A program made the position numbers and the translations under genes. Positions 10,382-20,771 of a DNA stretch of 64,000 nucleotides are shown piece by piece (position 1 is the first letter of the stretch; each line of letters opens with the position of its first letter). The stretch is taken from contig BLSG01000154.1 of assembly GCA_012862495.1 (NCBI GenBank), forward strand, positions 16,261 to 80,260. The letters are read 5' to 3'. Source of the stretch: Thraustochytrium aureum (Eukaryota). The notes under the pieces are model-generated. The model was not told where the DNA came from. It did not search any database and was given only the letters and a program-made list of their open reading frames with translations.

Positions 10382-12395
10382 AGCACGAGCTGGCCGAACC
10401 AGTGAGCCCCGCAGCAGCGCGACGGAGGCCGCTGGGCAAGTCTTGCAGCGCAAAGCCAGAGGCTGGAAGCGCACCGTCGCCCACTGGGAGGAGCATTGAG
10501 CGAGCGGGAGTGACCCACTCTGGCGGTGCTCGAGCCCACGAGCTACCGCCGCCGCCGCCGCCGCCGCGCAGGGCCTGCGGCGTGTGCACCGCTCCCAACC
10601 GCAGAGCAGCAGACCCTTGTCCCTTGCAAATGATCGTGTTGCACTGGGCCACCGCCGAGTTGGGGCAAGCCGACTTGAAGAGCGACATGGAGGCGTTCAA
10701 GTTGGCCACGCGTGGCATTATGTGAGTGAGCCTCTGGTACCAAAACGGGTGCAGCACGGCCTCGTCAGTCACCCAGACGAAGGCATCAAAGTCCAAGTCG
10801 CCAACGGCGCGCGCCAAGGCCCGCGCCACCGCTTCGTCCCCCGGACCGCGGCAAGGTGCGCCTGGTAGCCTAATGTCAGAGTCCTCCGGCTCGCTTGTCA
10901 GGCCCTGCATGCATCCCCCTGGAACAAAGCTTGCGAACTGGACCTGGTCCCTACCGGCAAATCGAAGCGCAGAAAAGAGTGCGACAGAGTCCAGGTGCGC
11001 CTTACGCACCGCGCTGCTGGTGGAGATGCGCAAAACCGCGACGTGCACGCGGAGCGGCGCCGCGCCAGCCTCCAGGAGCAAATCGCTGGTCTCAAGCACG
11101 CCAAAGTACTCGTCGTTTGGAAGCTTGCGTTTCGTGTTGACCTCGGGCTCAAAGCGCAAGATGTCGCCTTGCGAGGGAAAGCAAAGCGGGCGCGGCCTCA
11201 AATTTCTCGCGATCAGCTTGCGTGTGTGCGCGGGGTGGTCGTAAAACTCGAAGTCGCGACTCACTTCGCGTGCAGACGACTTGCCGTGGCTACCCAAGCT
11301 CCCGAGGTGCTCCACCACCGAGGGCCGAAGTGCGACGCGAGGCACGTTTAGCCTCCGCAAAAACTGCGAGTACCGCCAGTCAAAGTTTGGGATCTCACGC
11401 AGGAGGTCCTGGTTCACCAAGATCTGCTGCACCACTTGTCGACTCCAGACCGTGCCTGCGTTGCCAAGGTCAGTCTTGAGGCATTTCCACTCTGTACAGC
11501 TCTGCGAGCGGTGGCTGCACGAGTTGTACAGCGAAACAAGCGTGGCCCTAGTCGTCCCTAGTTGTGCCGCGACGGCCAGGTAGCGCTCGAGCCACAACGG
11601 ATGAAACACGAGATCCGAGTCGGCGACGATGAGTTTGTCCATTCCCGTGGCAATAAAGTACTTCATCAGGTACATTGTCAACGTGTTGCCGCGCTCGCGC
11701 CTTCCCCGTTTCCCGACCGAACGGGCTGGGTTGAGCTCCTTGTCACTGAGAGAGTGCACCCGGCGCACGTCCGGGTACCAGGCTGCCAGCTCGCTCGTGC
11801 TGTACTCTGTCGAGCCGTCGTCGAACACGTGCAGCTGAATGTTCTCCGGTACACCGCCGTGCAGCTCGGCGAACAGCCTGAGTGATTCTGCTTGAACGGT
11901 CACATACTCCTTGCGGTCATGTGTCAGCACAGCCAGCAAGACCGTCGCGTTGCTTCTCGTTGCACTCCATGGCGCGCCAGGGTCAAACCCGACCTCGCCG
12001 AACTGATCACCAGCCCCGACGAGCTGGGCGTCGACGAGCTGGACGTCGTCGTGCTGCGCGTCGACGAGCTGGGCGTCGTCGTGCTGGGTGCCGTCGTGCT
12101 TGACGTCGAGGTGCAGGACGTCGTTGTGCTGGGCGTCGAGGTGCTGGGCGTCGCCCTGGAGGTATTGCCCGACGATGACGTCGGCGCCGCGGTGGACTCG
12201 GCGTCGGTCGTCGTGCCGCGTCGAGTTGGCGCTGACAACAGTGGCCTTGACCTTGTCAACCAGAACCACCGTGGAGCCGCTGCGCAGCAGCGCTACACAA
12301 GTGAACGCGAGCACCGCCGCGAGCAGCTTCCAAATCGAATCCCGTCCGATGCTGCGGAATTTGCGCCTCATGCTGGTCGCGCGGCTGCATTTCAC
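10380..12395 (-). CDS. type II membrane GT-A fold glycosyltransferase (GT2-like); 3' end uncertain
   Basis: N-terminal TM (IWKLLAAVLAFTCVALL), DAQHD-type pentapeptide stem repeats, VFDDGS, DxD motif (VADSD), SVVEHLG. Confidence 0.7.
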   Translation of the reverse strand: MKCSRATSMRRKFRSIGRDSIWKLLAAVLAFTCVALLRSGSTVVLVDKVKATVVSANSTRHDDRRRVHRGADVIVGQYLQGDAQHLDAQHNDVLHLDVKHDGTQHDDAQLVDAQHDDVQLVDAQLVGAGDQFGEVGFDPGAPWSATRSNATVLLAVLTHDRKEYVTVQAESLRLFAELHGGVPENIQLHVFDDGSTEYSTSELAAWYPDVRRVHSLSDKELNPARSVGKRGRRERGNTLTMYLMKYFIATGMDKLIVADSDLVFHPLWLERYLAVAAQLGTTRATLVSLYNSCSHRSQSCTEWKCLKTDLGNAGTVWSRQVVQQILVNQDLLREIPNFDWRYSQFLRRLNVPRVALRPSVVEHLGSLGSHGKSSAREVSRDFEFYDHPAHTRKLIARNLRPRPLCFPSQGDILRFEPEVNTKRKLPNDEYFGVLETSDLLLEAGAAPLRVHVAVLRISTSSAVRKAHLDSVALFSALRFAGRDQVQFASFVPGGCMQGLTSEPEDSDIRLPGAPCRGPGDEAVARALARAVGDLDFDAFVWVTDEAVLHPFWYQRLTHIMPRVANLNASMSLFKSACPNSAVAQCNTIICKGQGSAALRLGAVHTPQALRGGGGGGGSSWARAPPEWVTPARSMLLPVGDGALPASGFALQDLPSGLRRAAAGLTGSASSC

Positions 12396-12764
12396 GCTCT
12401 GGTCTGTCTCTGGTCTGGTTTCTGTGGTATGGGATTCTGTGGCAGTGCCGAACTATCCTCGTAAATTCCTTGAAACCCACCAAACGAATCTATACAATTA
12501 GCGGAGAGTGACCATCTCCCCCGCAAATAATGCTCAACTTTTATCGAATTTGGTTGCGGTGACGGGCCACGGACTCGGGGGATTGACGCCCGCAGGTTTC
12601 ATGAATCGCAGGAGTGGATGGGTCGGTATGGGCTTAGCGCACCACATCGTGCTAGTTTTTAGAGTTTGTGATTGGGGAGCCTATCGCCTCTCTCTCTTTC
12701 TCTCTCTTGCTCTCGCTACGGAGACCTACTGCAGCAAGCGCCTGCCTGGCCCTCCGCGGCCTGA

Positions 12765-13702
12765 TCAGGCGAAGGTGACCTTGTCGCCGCGCTGCTGCAG
12801 CTCGACGCCCTGGTCGTCCAGATCAATAGGCTTGTCCAAGTTGACCTCGTCGCGGCCGCGCGCACGTTCGTTGGCAGGCTGCCGCTCGTAACCCTTGTCC
12901 TTGGCAGACGGGCGCTGGCAAATGACGCAGCAGGCGAGGATTACGCCGAGCAGGAGGACCAAGCCCGTGGCAAAGATGCCCCAAGCCCCCGGCGCGAGCT
13001 TGGTCGTGGCGTACTCGGAGATGACGAGCTGGAATACTTTGGGGTCGCCTCCGCCGCAGCCGCCCTCGGCAGGATCGTCGACGATGTTGACAAACGCGTT
13101 GTTGTACACCACTCCAACCTCGCTCAGGACATCGCAAAACTCGGCGTCGAACGAGTCGTTCTGAAAGTCGTAGTCGTCCTGGTCCTTGTAGCAGGTGCAG
13201 CCTGCGTCAGTGTCCTTGGTGCAGGGGCAGAGCCCGACCTTGTAATCGCCCACCCCTTGATGGCGTTGTAGCAGCACCGGTTGAAGACGACGGACTCGAA
13301 CGTGGTGGCCACAAGCGCGCCTTCGTTGGTCAGGTCGTTCGAGTCGGACGCGCTGCCGGCCTTTTTAATGTAGCCGATCTCCACGAGCAGGAAGATGCCC
13401 AGCAGCGTCGCGGCGAGCATCAGCAGCATGCAGATAATCGAATAGAGCACGAGCGAGACCTTGTTCTTAAACATGATCCCGCAGCAGCCGAGCAGCGCCA
13501 TGAGCAGCACGCCGAGGCCGACGCCCAGCGGGGTCCAAACGAGCGTCGCGCTCACAATCTCGCCGTAGCCCTTGTACAGCACCCCGAGCCAGATCGACAG
13601 CACAATCAGCACGAAGCCAGCAACCACCATCATCGAGTTCAACGTCACGAGATAGCACTTGCCGCACCGCTCGAACGAGCAGCATCCTCCTTCCTTGCAC
13701 AT
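12765..13702 (-). CDS. tetraspanin-like 4-TM protein (1-nt frameshift ~13253)
   Basis: Three N-terminal TMs including LLGCCG, a Cys-rich large loop (CCY...CPC...CTC...C) and a fourth TM followed by ACCVIC. The two ORFs join at a G4 run. Confidence 0.8.
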
Positions 13703-14730
13703 CGTGGACCTCGACCTCGAGCACGAACCCCGCCGAATCACGCCAAGCAAGCAACGCGTCGCACAGCCGGGATCAAATTGGCGGATGCCAACCTCTGGAC
13801 GCAGTCAATTCTGCTCCGCGTTGGCGCCTGATGACACAACCCTTCACGCGCGTTGGTTGATGCGCTATCTTTCGCGTCTACCCACGCCAACCACTGTTCG
13901 TTACTAGTATGTGGCTCTGCCAAACTCCAGCACTCGAAAAAACATACGAGCAACGTGGTACGGCGCCCAACTACTTACACCTGGCTGGCTTGCATCCTTG
14001 CTCGCTTGCCGCGTGCTCGTCGAAGATGCGAGTCGAGGTGCCTGCCGTAGGTGAGGAAGTAGGTACTCGGGGTACCCACTCTACGTCTCGGACCAGGCGG
14101 GCGCTGGGTGCGCGGCGAGCCAAGCGTCCTGATGCACCACTTCGAGCGCAGCCGACGTACCTGCGTCCCCATGCGCTTTTTTGCAGACCCGCATCATCAG
14201 CCTGGCGCAGGCAACAGCCTGCATAGGCCGCTCGCCACCCAGGGAGTCTACGAATCGTTTCCTGGACGACTCGGGAGGCCTTTTCGGAAAACCGACTCGG
14301 AGGTCTCGTTGAATCAAAAACGCAGCAGGAGCCCTCCACCGTTCTGACCGCAACACGTTCGCTGCGCGGATGCATGCCACCAAAGCCGGCCCGGCCCGGG
14401 CTGGGCTGCTCGTCGACAAGGCGGGGCTCAGCGCTGGGCTTGCTCCCGCGGATTCGCACGCCGTCAAGCTCAACAAGTCCGCCTTGCTCTGGACGTGGAG
14501 CAGCATGGTCCATGTCATGCTGGACGCGCGCTCGTGCGCTTCTTGCACGGACAGAGACTTCCAGAAGCCTTTGTTGACAGACTACCGGTAAGTAAGGTTG
14601 TTTGCTTGTGTAGAGTACATCATGTGACGCGGTCCAGCAAGCCAGGCGTGGCACGCAAAACGCCATCAAACCAATTAGAGAAGCAGAAGCTGTGGCGCCC
14701 CACGCGCAGAACGCTGTACCGGGCACATGC

Positions 14731-16859
14731 TTACTTGGACCCACAGCAGCGGACGAAGGCCTTCTTTCTGGTCTTGGAGCAGAGCATACTGTGGCGCCCC
14801 TCGCTGAATTCGTAGTAGCCCGTGAACTTCTTCGAAGAGCAGGGGCTCTGCGACCACGAGAAGGATTTTGCCGGGATGGAACAGTCTTCGAGCGTCGGCG
14901 CTTTCTCAAAAATCAAACTCTCTGCCGTGCAGAGCTCCTGGCCGCGGCTTGCGCAGATCGCCTCGGCGTCAGCGAAATTGGCCGTTACGCAAGGCCTCAT
15001 GGTTGGTGCGTTTGTCGGGGCTGGGGTGCTGAGGGCGAGCGCCTTGATCGCCGATTGGCAAGTGGGCTTGCGCGAGCCCTTTTGCTTGGCCCAAATGCAC
15101 CGCGGGCCATGGCAATCGCGCTTCTTGGACGACCCGGCGCAAATCTGCTCCTCGCTAAGAACGATCGGCTCCGGCTCGCACAGAGCCGACTCGGCGTTGC
15201 AGACCCGTGGCCCCCGGCAGTCCGCGTCGACCTGGCAGGTGCCCTGGCCTTCGAGGCAGCCGCACTCGCCGCAGAGCGGCTCGGTAAAGTTGAGCGCGCG
15301 AGACGGGCACTGGTACATGCGGATGACTTGCTCGACATCAATGTCGCTCAGCGCCTCGCGCTGCCCAATCTCGTTCCCCTTCGCGTCGATAGAGGACAAA
15401 AACGAGCGAACCACATTGCAGACGTTGTAGGTGTGGCAGGTGGGCGCCGCCTCCGCGTCTGCCTCCGCGCTCACGCCCCGGTCGACAAACTCGATCATGA
15501 ACAGCTGGCGAGCATTCGCACCGCAGAACTCGAAAATGATCTCATGGCCATCTTCAGTCGCATGACGTTGATTCCCGTCGCGAGAGAGGCACAAGCCGTT
15601 GTCCCCCTCCCAGCGCAAGGCGACCGGCTTGGAGAGTTGGCGGTTATCGTTGTGGAGCTGCACTGCGGTGGTTTTCGTGCATGGCTCAACGCGCAAGTCG
15701 GACCCGTAGTAGGCGACTCCCCGCGAGTCCGTCCATGGCACCAGGCACTCTGTCGGCTTGCTCGCACTGCGCAGCTGCACGGCCACCTCGCTGATGGGGA
15801 CCATGTCGAAGAGCTGGCTTTGGTCGCTGCTTGAGCAGTGTTGAAGCCTGCCGGTCGTACTGAGGCAGCCTGGCGTTCCTTTACGGTCCTGGTTGCTGCC
15901 GAAGAATCGTATGCGAACGAGCTGTCCGCACCGCGGCTCTTGCGGGGTGCACTCAACCGCGCGCTTGGCAAACGAATCCTTGCCGTAGTGCATGATGGAC
16001 CCATAGTCGTATGGGATACCGAGCAGCTCCGAGTCTTGGCGCCGCTCAAAGTTGCCCAGCCTGCCTGAGAGCACGTTCTCCTCTTCGATCTTGATAAAAT
16101 TGTCGCGATCAGCGCGGCTATGCTCGTGGTAAAACCCAAGCGTGTGCAAGAGCCTGGAACAGAACAATCGCCGGGATGGTCAGTCAGCGAAGCTATCCAG
16201 GGCCCCAGCCAGATCGGTCCAAGCCGGCAACCAGCAAACTTACTCGTGCATGATTATGCCCTTCATCATGCATCCGTATGGGCTCAGGTTGAGAACTTGT
16301 GCGCCACGGCGCTGCCCAACAGCGCTAAAGCACCCGCCGTGACCGCTGATGCGGACGAAGTTCTCCTGGTTGCCACGCTCGACAAACTTGACGACCTTGA
16401 CGAGACGAGAGATCTCGGCCATCGACTCTTCCATGAGCTTGATGTCCTTTGGCTTGAAGCCGTGGCCGGCCTCGACAGTGTACGGCACGATGACGATGCC
16501 GTTTTCGTCGCGGGTTTCCCAGCGGTGGGTCGTCAGGGCCTCGAGGCGACGGTCGCCATTCGGGCCAGCTTGGCCTTTGCTGGCCTCGACCAGGCCTTGC
16601 TTTGCTAGGTGCTCTGCCACGCTAACGCCGTAGTCCTGGGCGACCTGCTCGAATGATGCAATGATGTCGCCCTCAAATTTGTCCCGGCTTGCCAGAGTCT
16701 AGCCATTTGGGATGGGCCAAGGTCTGCGCTTTCGCTTTGGTCATCCTCGCTCGGCTGCTGGCTGGTTTCGGTTTGCCTGGAGCCGCGCAGCTCGCCTTGG
16801 ACAGCAGCCTTGGCGGCGACGATGGCGGCGAGCACGACGCAGCCAGTGATGACCCTCAT
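14731..16859 (-). CDS. secreted astacin (M12A) metalloprotease with inserted ricin-B-like domain; intron 16154-16243; frameshift ~16700
   Basis: Signal peptide, prodomain FEGDI, GCFSAVG. Splicing GA|GTAAGT...TTCCAG|G restores HELLHTLGFYHEHSRADRD. Met-turn YDYGSIMHY; IGQREALSDIDVEQVIRMYQC. Confidence 0.9.
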
Positions 16860-18094
16860 TGTTCTCGCGCAGTGTGCTGTTGATAGTGCTGGCTGGCTGG
16901 CTGGTCTTGTGGCGTTGCGGTTTTGCATGCTGCTGAGGCCTTGCTGCGCGCCATGGCCTCCTTTTCCGACTTGATGCGCCAAGACGTGGCATTCACGCTC
17001 ACACCAAACAAGAGTGTGCTACTAGTACATTCTACGAAACCTGCGACGCGGGCCATTTGAATTTTGATGCTGGTTAGCATTGCACGCCCGCTCTTAGGTA
17101 CCGCGCTGCACGCAAGCGAAACGGGTGCAACGCATGCGGGATCGGTGAACTGCATGCACGCTTTGTTCCGGTGAATGAACTGCGCCTGGATCGGTGCATG
17201 GATGCTCCGCGTTGCTCCATCTGCACCGGCGATGCATGCACACTTCGGTCAGTGTGGTCTGTTACTATCACGCCGGGCTCTGATACTGACACTTTTGCTC
17301 GATACTAACAGAACCATTGGAGCGCTGTGAGGCCTGCTTGTCGCTGTCCTGCCTTTCGCCGGGCGAAAGCGCTGCAACTTGATGGCCTGCAGCGAATGAT
17401 CAGCGAGCTTGCGCCGACCAAGATGCGATGCTGCTATTCGAGTCCACGCTCCAATCCTCCGTTCCCCGTTGCGGCGACGACCTATGTGTCTGCTGTTCCT
17501 CCCAAGTGTCTGCCATTCAACACCGGAAACCTAGGTTTGGTTAGGTTTAGTTAAAGGTTTCGAACTGTTGAGGCCGCGTTACTAACACCCGCTGATACAA
17601 ACAGATTTCAATTTTGAATGAATGTTCATGAATGATTGAACTTTGTTCGAAGAAATCAAGAATGTGAGAATGTGTGCAAATTGATCAAGATTGATCGCCT
17701 CATGAGCCCCGATCTGCTGCTGATCCAACCTGCCAGCGGCAAGTGCGTTCGCACTTTGCGCGGTCTCAACCTCTTCTCCATCTTGATCAATCCAAGCTCG
17801 CTCACCTCGAGCGCTGGTCGCGAACCAGCGGCGCACATGCGTGGCATTCCTGCGCCGCTGCGTTTCTATGCATCTTGAAAGAGCAGCCCCGCGCTTGTCC
17901 GCGCTGCCTGCGGGATCTGGCAAGCTGGCGAGGTGGGAAGAGCTTGCTGACTCGTGCCCTGGCGCGTCTTTGGCGGTTGCCCAGGCTGGCCTCGGACTCG
18001 GACGCCGCAGGCAACACCGCAGCTCGCAAGCAGCTGCTCGCAAGGAGGGGCGAAATTGGGTCGACACGAGCAAGCAGTACTTGTACAGTTTTAA

Positions 18095-19699
18095 CTAAAG
18101 GGTAGCCTCGGACCCGAGAACAGTGTCGCAAATCTGCTGAGCGGGGCTCCGAACAATAAACGAGTCGGTGTAGTTCAACATCAGCCGGCGAGAGCGCGTC
18201 GAAGAGGCGCACTCCCGCGGGGAGTCCTCCTCACCAGCAGGTGCAGCAGACGCGCCAAGCGCTAGAGCGTCGTGCGCGTCGCAGCTTCCGCTCGTCAGTG
18301 ACGAAACGGTCCGGCGGCGATCTGTCGTCGTCGTCGTCTCAGCACTATCCCCGGAGGCTGCGGACGCGCCTCTCGCGCCCAATCGCTCCCACCCAACAAT
18401 ATTGGCTTTGACACTGTTGATCCAAGGCCGAATCGGCCCTTCCCCAAACACGGCAAGAGACGCCTCCCAGGTCGGCAATACAAAATTGGCGCAGAAGAAC
18501 ACCTCGCCTCGCGGCAGGTCGTCAACACAAGAGCAGGCGCTTCCTTCGCCCTCGACCTGCCTCTTCTCCTCGTTGAGCAAAACCGACCAATCGTAGTTGG
18601 CATCGAAAGGGCGGGCGGCATTGGAGAGGTCGGCGGCGTGCATGAGAAGGGCGGCGGCCTTGAGTTTTTTGCGGAATTCTGCTTCGTCCACTCCGATCGC
18701 ACCCATCTCCGCCACGAGGGCCTTGTGCAAGGCCAGGTCGGTGCACAGAATCACGTGTAACACCATACGCGTCACGCGCTTTGACTGGTGCTGGTTGTCG
18801 AGGTCACCGCGGAGGAGGCAACGCAGGATCGACTCGTGCTTGCGCAGCAGCTTTAGCGTCAGCATCACGTGGTGCTTCTCCATTGGGCTCAGGGTTCCAT
18901 ACTTGGAAACGAGGTCGCCGGGGTCTGTGATGAGACAAGCGTCCGCGGCGAGCTTTGAGATTGGCGAATGCCTCCCGTCCTTGTTGCTGCTGATTCCGTT
19001 GCTGTTTCTCGCCCGTGATATCGCCTCCTGGGGTGGTTCGTGAGAAGGTGGCGTCGGTGATTGGGAGGCGGGGGCCTCGTCCCCCGCGCTGTCGAGTTCG
19101 CCCGACGAAGAGCCGGGCGTCTTTGCGGCGGGAGCCTCGCCCGTGCCCTGCGACGAGCCCCGACCTGCAACGGCCGGCTCTGCACTCGCTGGCGCTGCTA
19201 CTCGCGACGAGCCCGTGCTAGGTATCCCTGGCGCGCAGAGGCCGTCCTTGAACTTCTTGGCGAGAAAGCTGTTGGTGTACCCGAGGTGACCCGCGTCGTG
19301 GCAAAGCGCGGTCAGGCATAGCAGCAAGCGCTCCTCGCTCGAGAACAGCTCGCATTTCGAGACGAGTGACTGAACGACCTGCATCACCGACACGGCGTGG
19401 AAAAAGTTGTGGAACGGCGTGTTGCCGTACTCGGACGCCGTGCACGTCACGAAGCACCGCAGGTCCTTCCTCGACACCATCTCCGCGAGCCCCTCGCGCG
19501 CGACCACGTTGTACAAGAGCTGTACGGCAACATCCGCCAGCCTTTCCCTGGGGACGCGCAGCACGTCAAACGCGGGCCCTTCCCCGAGGCCCTTCACAAA
19601 CTCGTCCAGCCCGTCCTCCTCCTCGACCTCCCGTGCCCCGAGCGCCATCGCGGCGAGCTCCCCATCGCCGCATGCAGCCTGCAGCTCCGCGGCCCCCAT
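18095..19699 (-). CDS. class I 3',5'-cyclic nucleotide phosphodiesterase
   Basis: PFHNFFHA, LCHDAGHLGYTNSFL, MEKHH, ILCTDL and HAADLSNAARP motifs. Confidence 0.88.
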   Translation of the reverse strand: MGAAELQAACGDGELAAMALGAREVEEEDGLDEFVKGLGEGPAFDVLRVPRERLADVAVQLLYNVVAREGLAEMVSRKDLRCFVTCTASEYGNTPFHNFFHAVSVMQVVQSLVSKCELFSSEERLLLCLTALCHDAGHLGYTNSFLAKKFKDGLCAPGIPSTGSSRVAAPASAEPAVAGRGSSQGTGEAPAAKTPGSSSGELDSAGDEAPASQSPTPPSHEPPQEAISRARNSNGISSNKDGRHSPISKLAADACLITDPGDLVSKYGTLSPMEKHHVMLTLKLLRKHESILRCLLRGDLDNQHQSKRVTRMVLHVILCTDLALHKALVAEMGAIGVDEAEFRKKLKAAALLMHAADLSNAARPFDANYDWSVLLNEEKRQVEGEGSACSCVDDLPRGEVFFCANFVLPTWEASLAVFGEGPIRPWINSVKANIVGWERLGARGASAASGDSAETTTTTDRRRTVSSLTSGSCDAHDALALGASAAPAGEEDSPRECASSTRSRRLMLNYTDSFIVRSPAQQICDTVLGSEATL

Positions 19700-19850
19700 C
19701 CACCATAGCAGCACGCCGCCGGCGAGCGAGCCAGGGGCCAGAACAGACGCGCTCGAGCGCGGCGACACACGAGCGCGCGTTTCCTGCCGCCAAACCCCAG
19801 CGCACTCGCAGCTGCGATCGCAACCGCAATTGCAATCGCAGGCGATCACG

Positions 19851-19908
19851 CTCAACCTGCTGCTGCTCAACCTGCTGCTGCTCAACCTGCTGCTGCTCAA
19901 CCTGCTGC
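19851..19908. repeat. 15-bp minisatellite (CTCAACCTGCTGCTG) x~4
   Basis: Direct reading of the sequence. Confidence 0.85.
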
Positions 19909-20771
19909 CACCTGCGCGACGGGCGCGACGCCGTTCAGCTGCTGCGCCTCTGCGCATTCAGCGACTTCTTCGCTTTGTTTTCGGCCTTTTTCTCGCTTTT
20001 TTCCTCGCTTTTTTCACACTTTTTGGAGACTTTATGTACCCTACCTATGACCTGTGGAGGAGAGGAGAGGGTTGTGAAGGTTGGAACAAATAGAACACAG
20101 GGAATCATTTTGTTCTCTACCTTTTTTTCTACTTACTTTCTTGTAGTGAGGCTTGTGTCTACTAGCTGACGGCAGAATAGCTGGGATGGCAAGTGTGTAG
20201 TGGCGAGAGGCGTTGTCGCAAGAAAGGGTTTTGGTTGCTGTCACGGTGGTGTGAACGGTGGATTTTCACTCCGAGTGGGGGACTCCGAGTCTGTTCAGAC
20301 TTGCTCTGCTGCAAGTTGATGGGCTTTGCGTGATGGGTTAGAGACTTAGAGTAGATAACTTTTGCCCCACCGGCCGCCCGTCTTGGCCGTTTCGGCATGG
20401 CCAACCGCGCGATCGATCGATCGGTTGCTTTGCGTTGCTTTGCGTTGCTTTGCGTTGCTTTGCTTGCTCGGTTGCGTCACGCTGGCTTGGCATGCATGAG
20501 CTCTGCCCTGCTTGCTTGCTCGCCAGGGCAGGGAACTCCTGCTTGCTACAACACATGCAGCTGGCGCTACTTTTCGTGCTGGACCAACGGCGCTCTGGCG
20601 AGCCCATGCTCGACGGCGGCCCTCTTGAGCAGACCTGAGCCTCGGCAATCAACGAAACGCTCGCGCTACCGCGCACCTCGCTGGGTCGGCACGGCGAATG
20701 ACGATGACAAAATATCGTTGCTTTCGGTCTACATCGATCTTTAGAGCGGCGCCGGACAGTTCTCGAGCACA

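Noticed and set aside
16240..16242. In-frame TAA inside the astacin HExxH motif (pseudogene or stop readthrough)
   Set aside because: It is part of the GTAAGT donor of a 90-nt intron that restores HELLH.
17125..17240. TGCATGCA boxes and a short imperfect hairpin upstream of the astacin gene
   Set aside because: Short and GC-rich, not distinguishable from chance by eye, with no ncRNA features.
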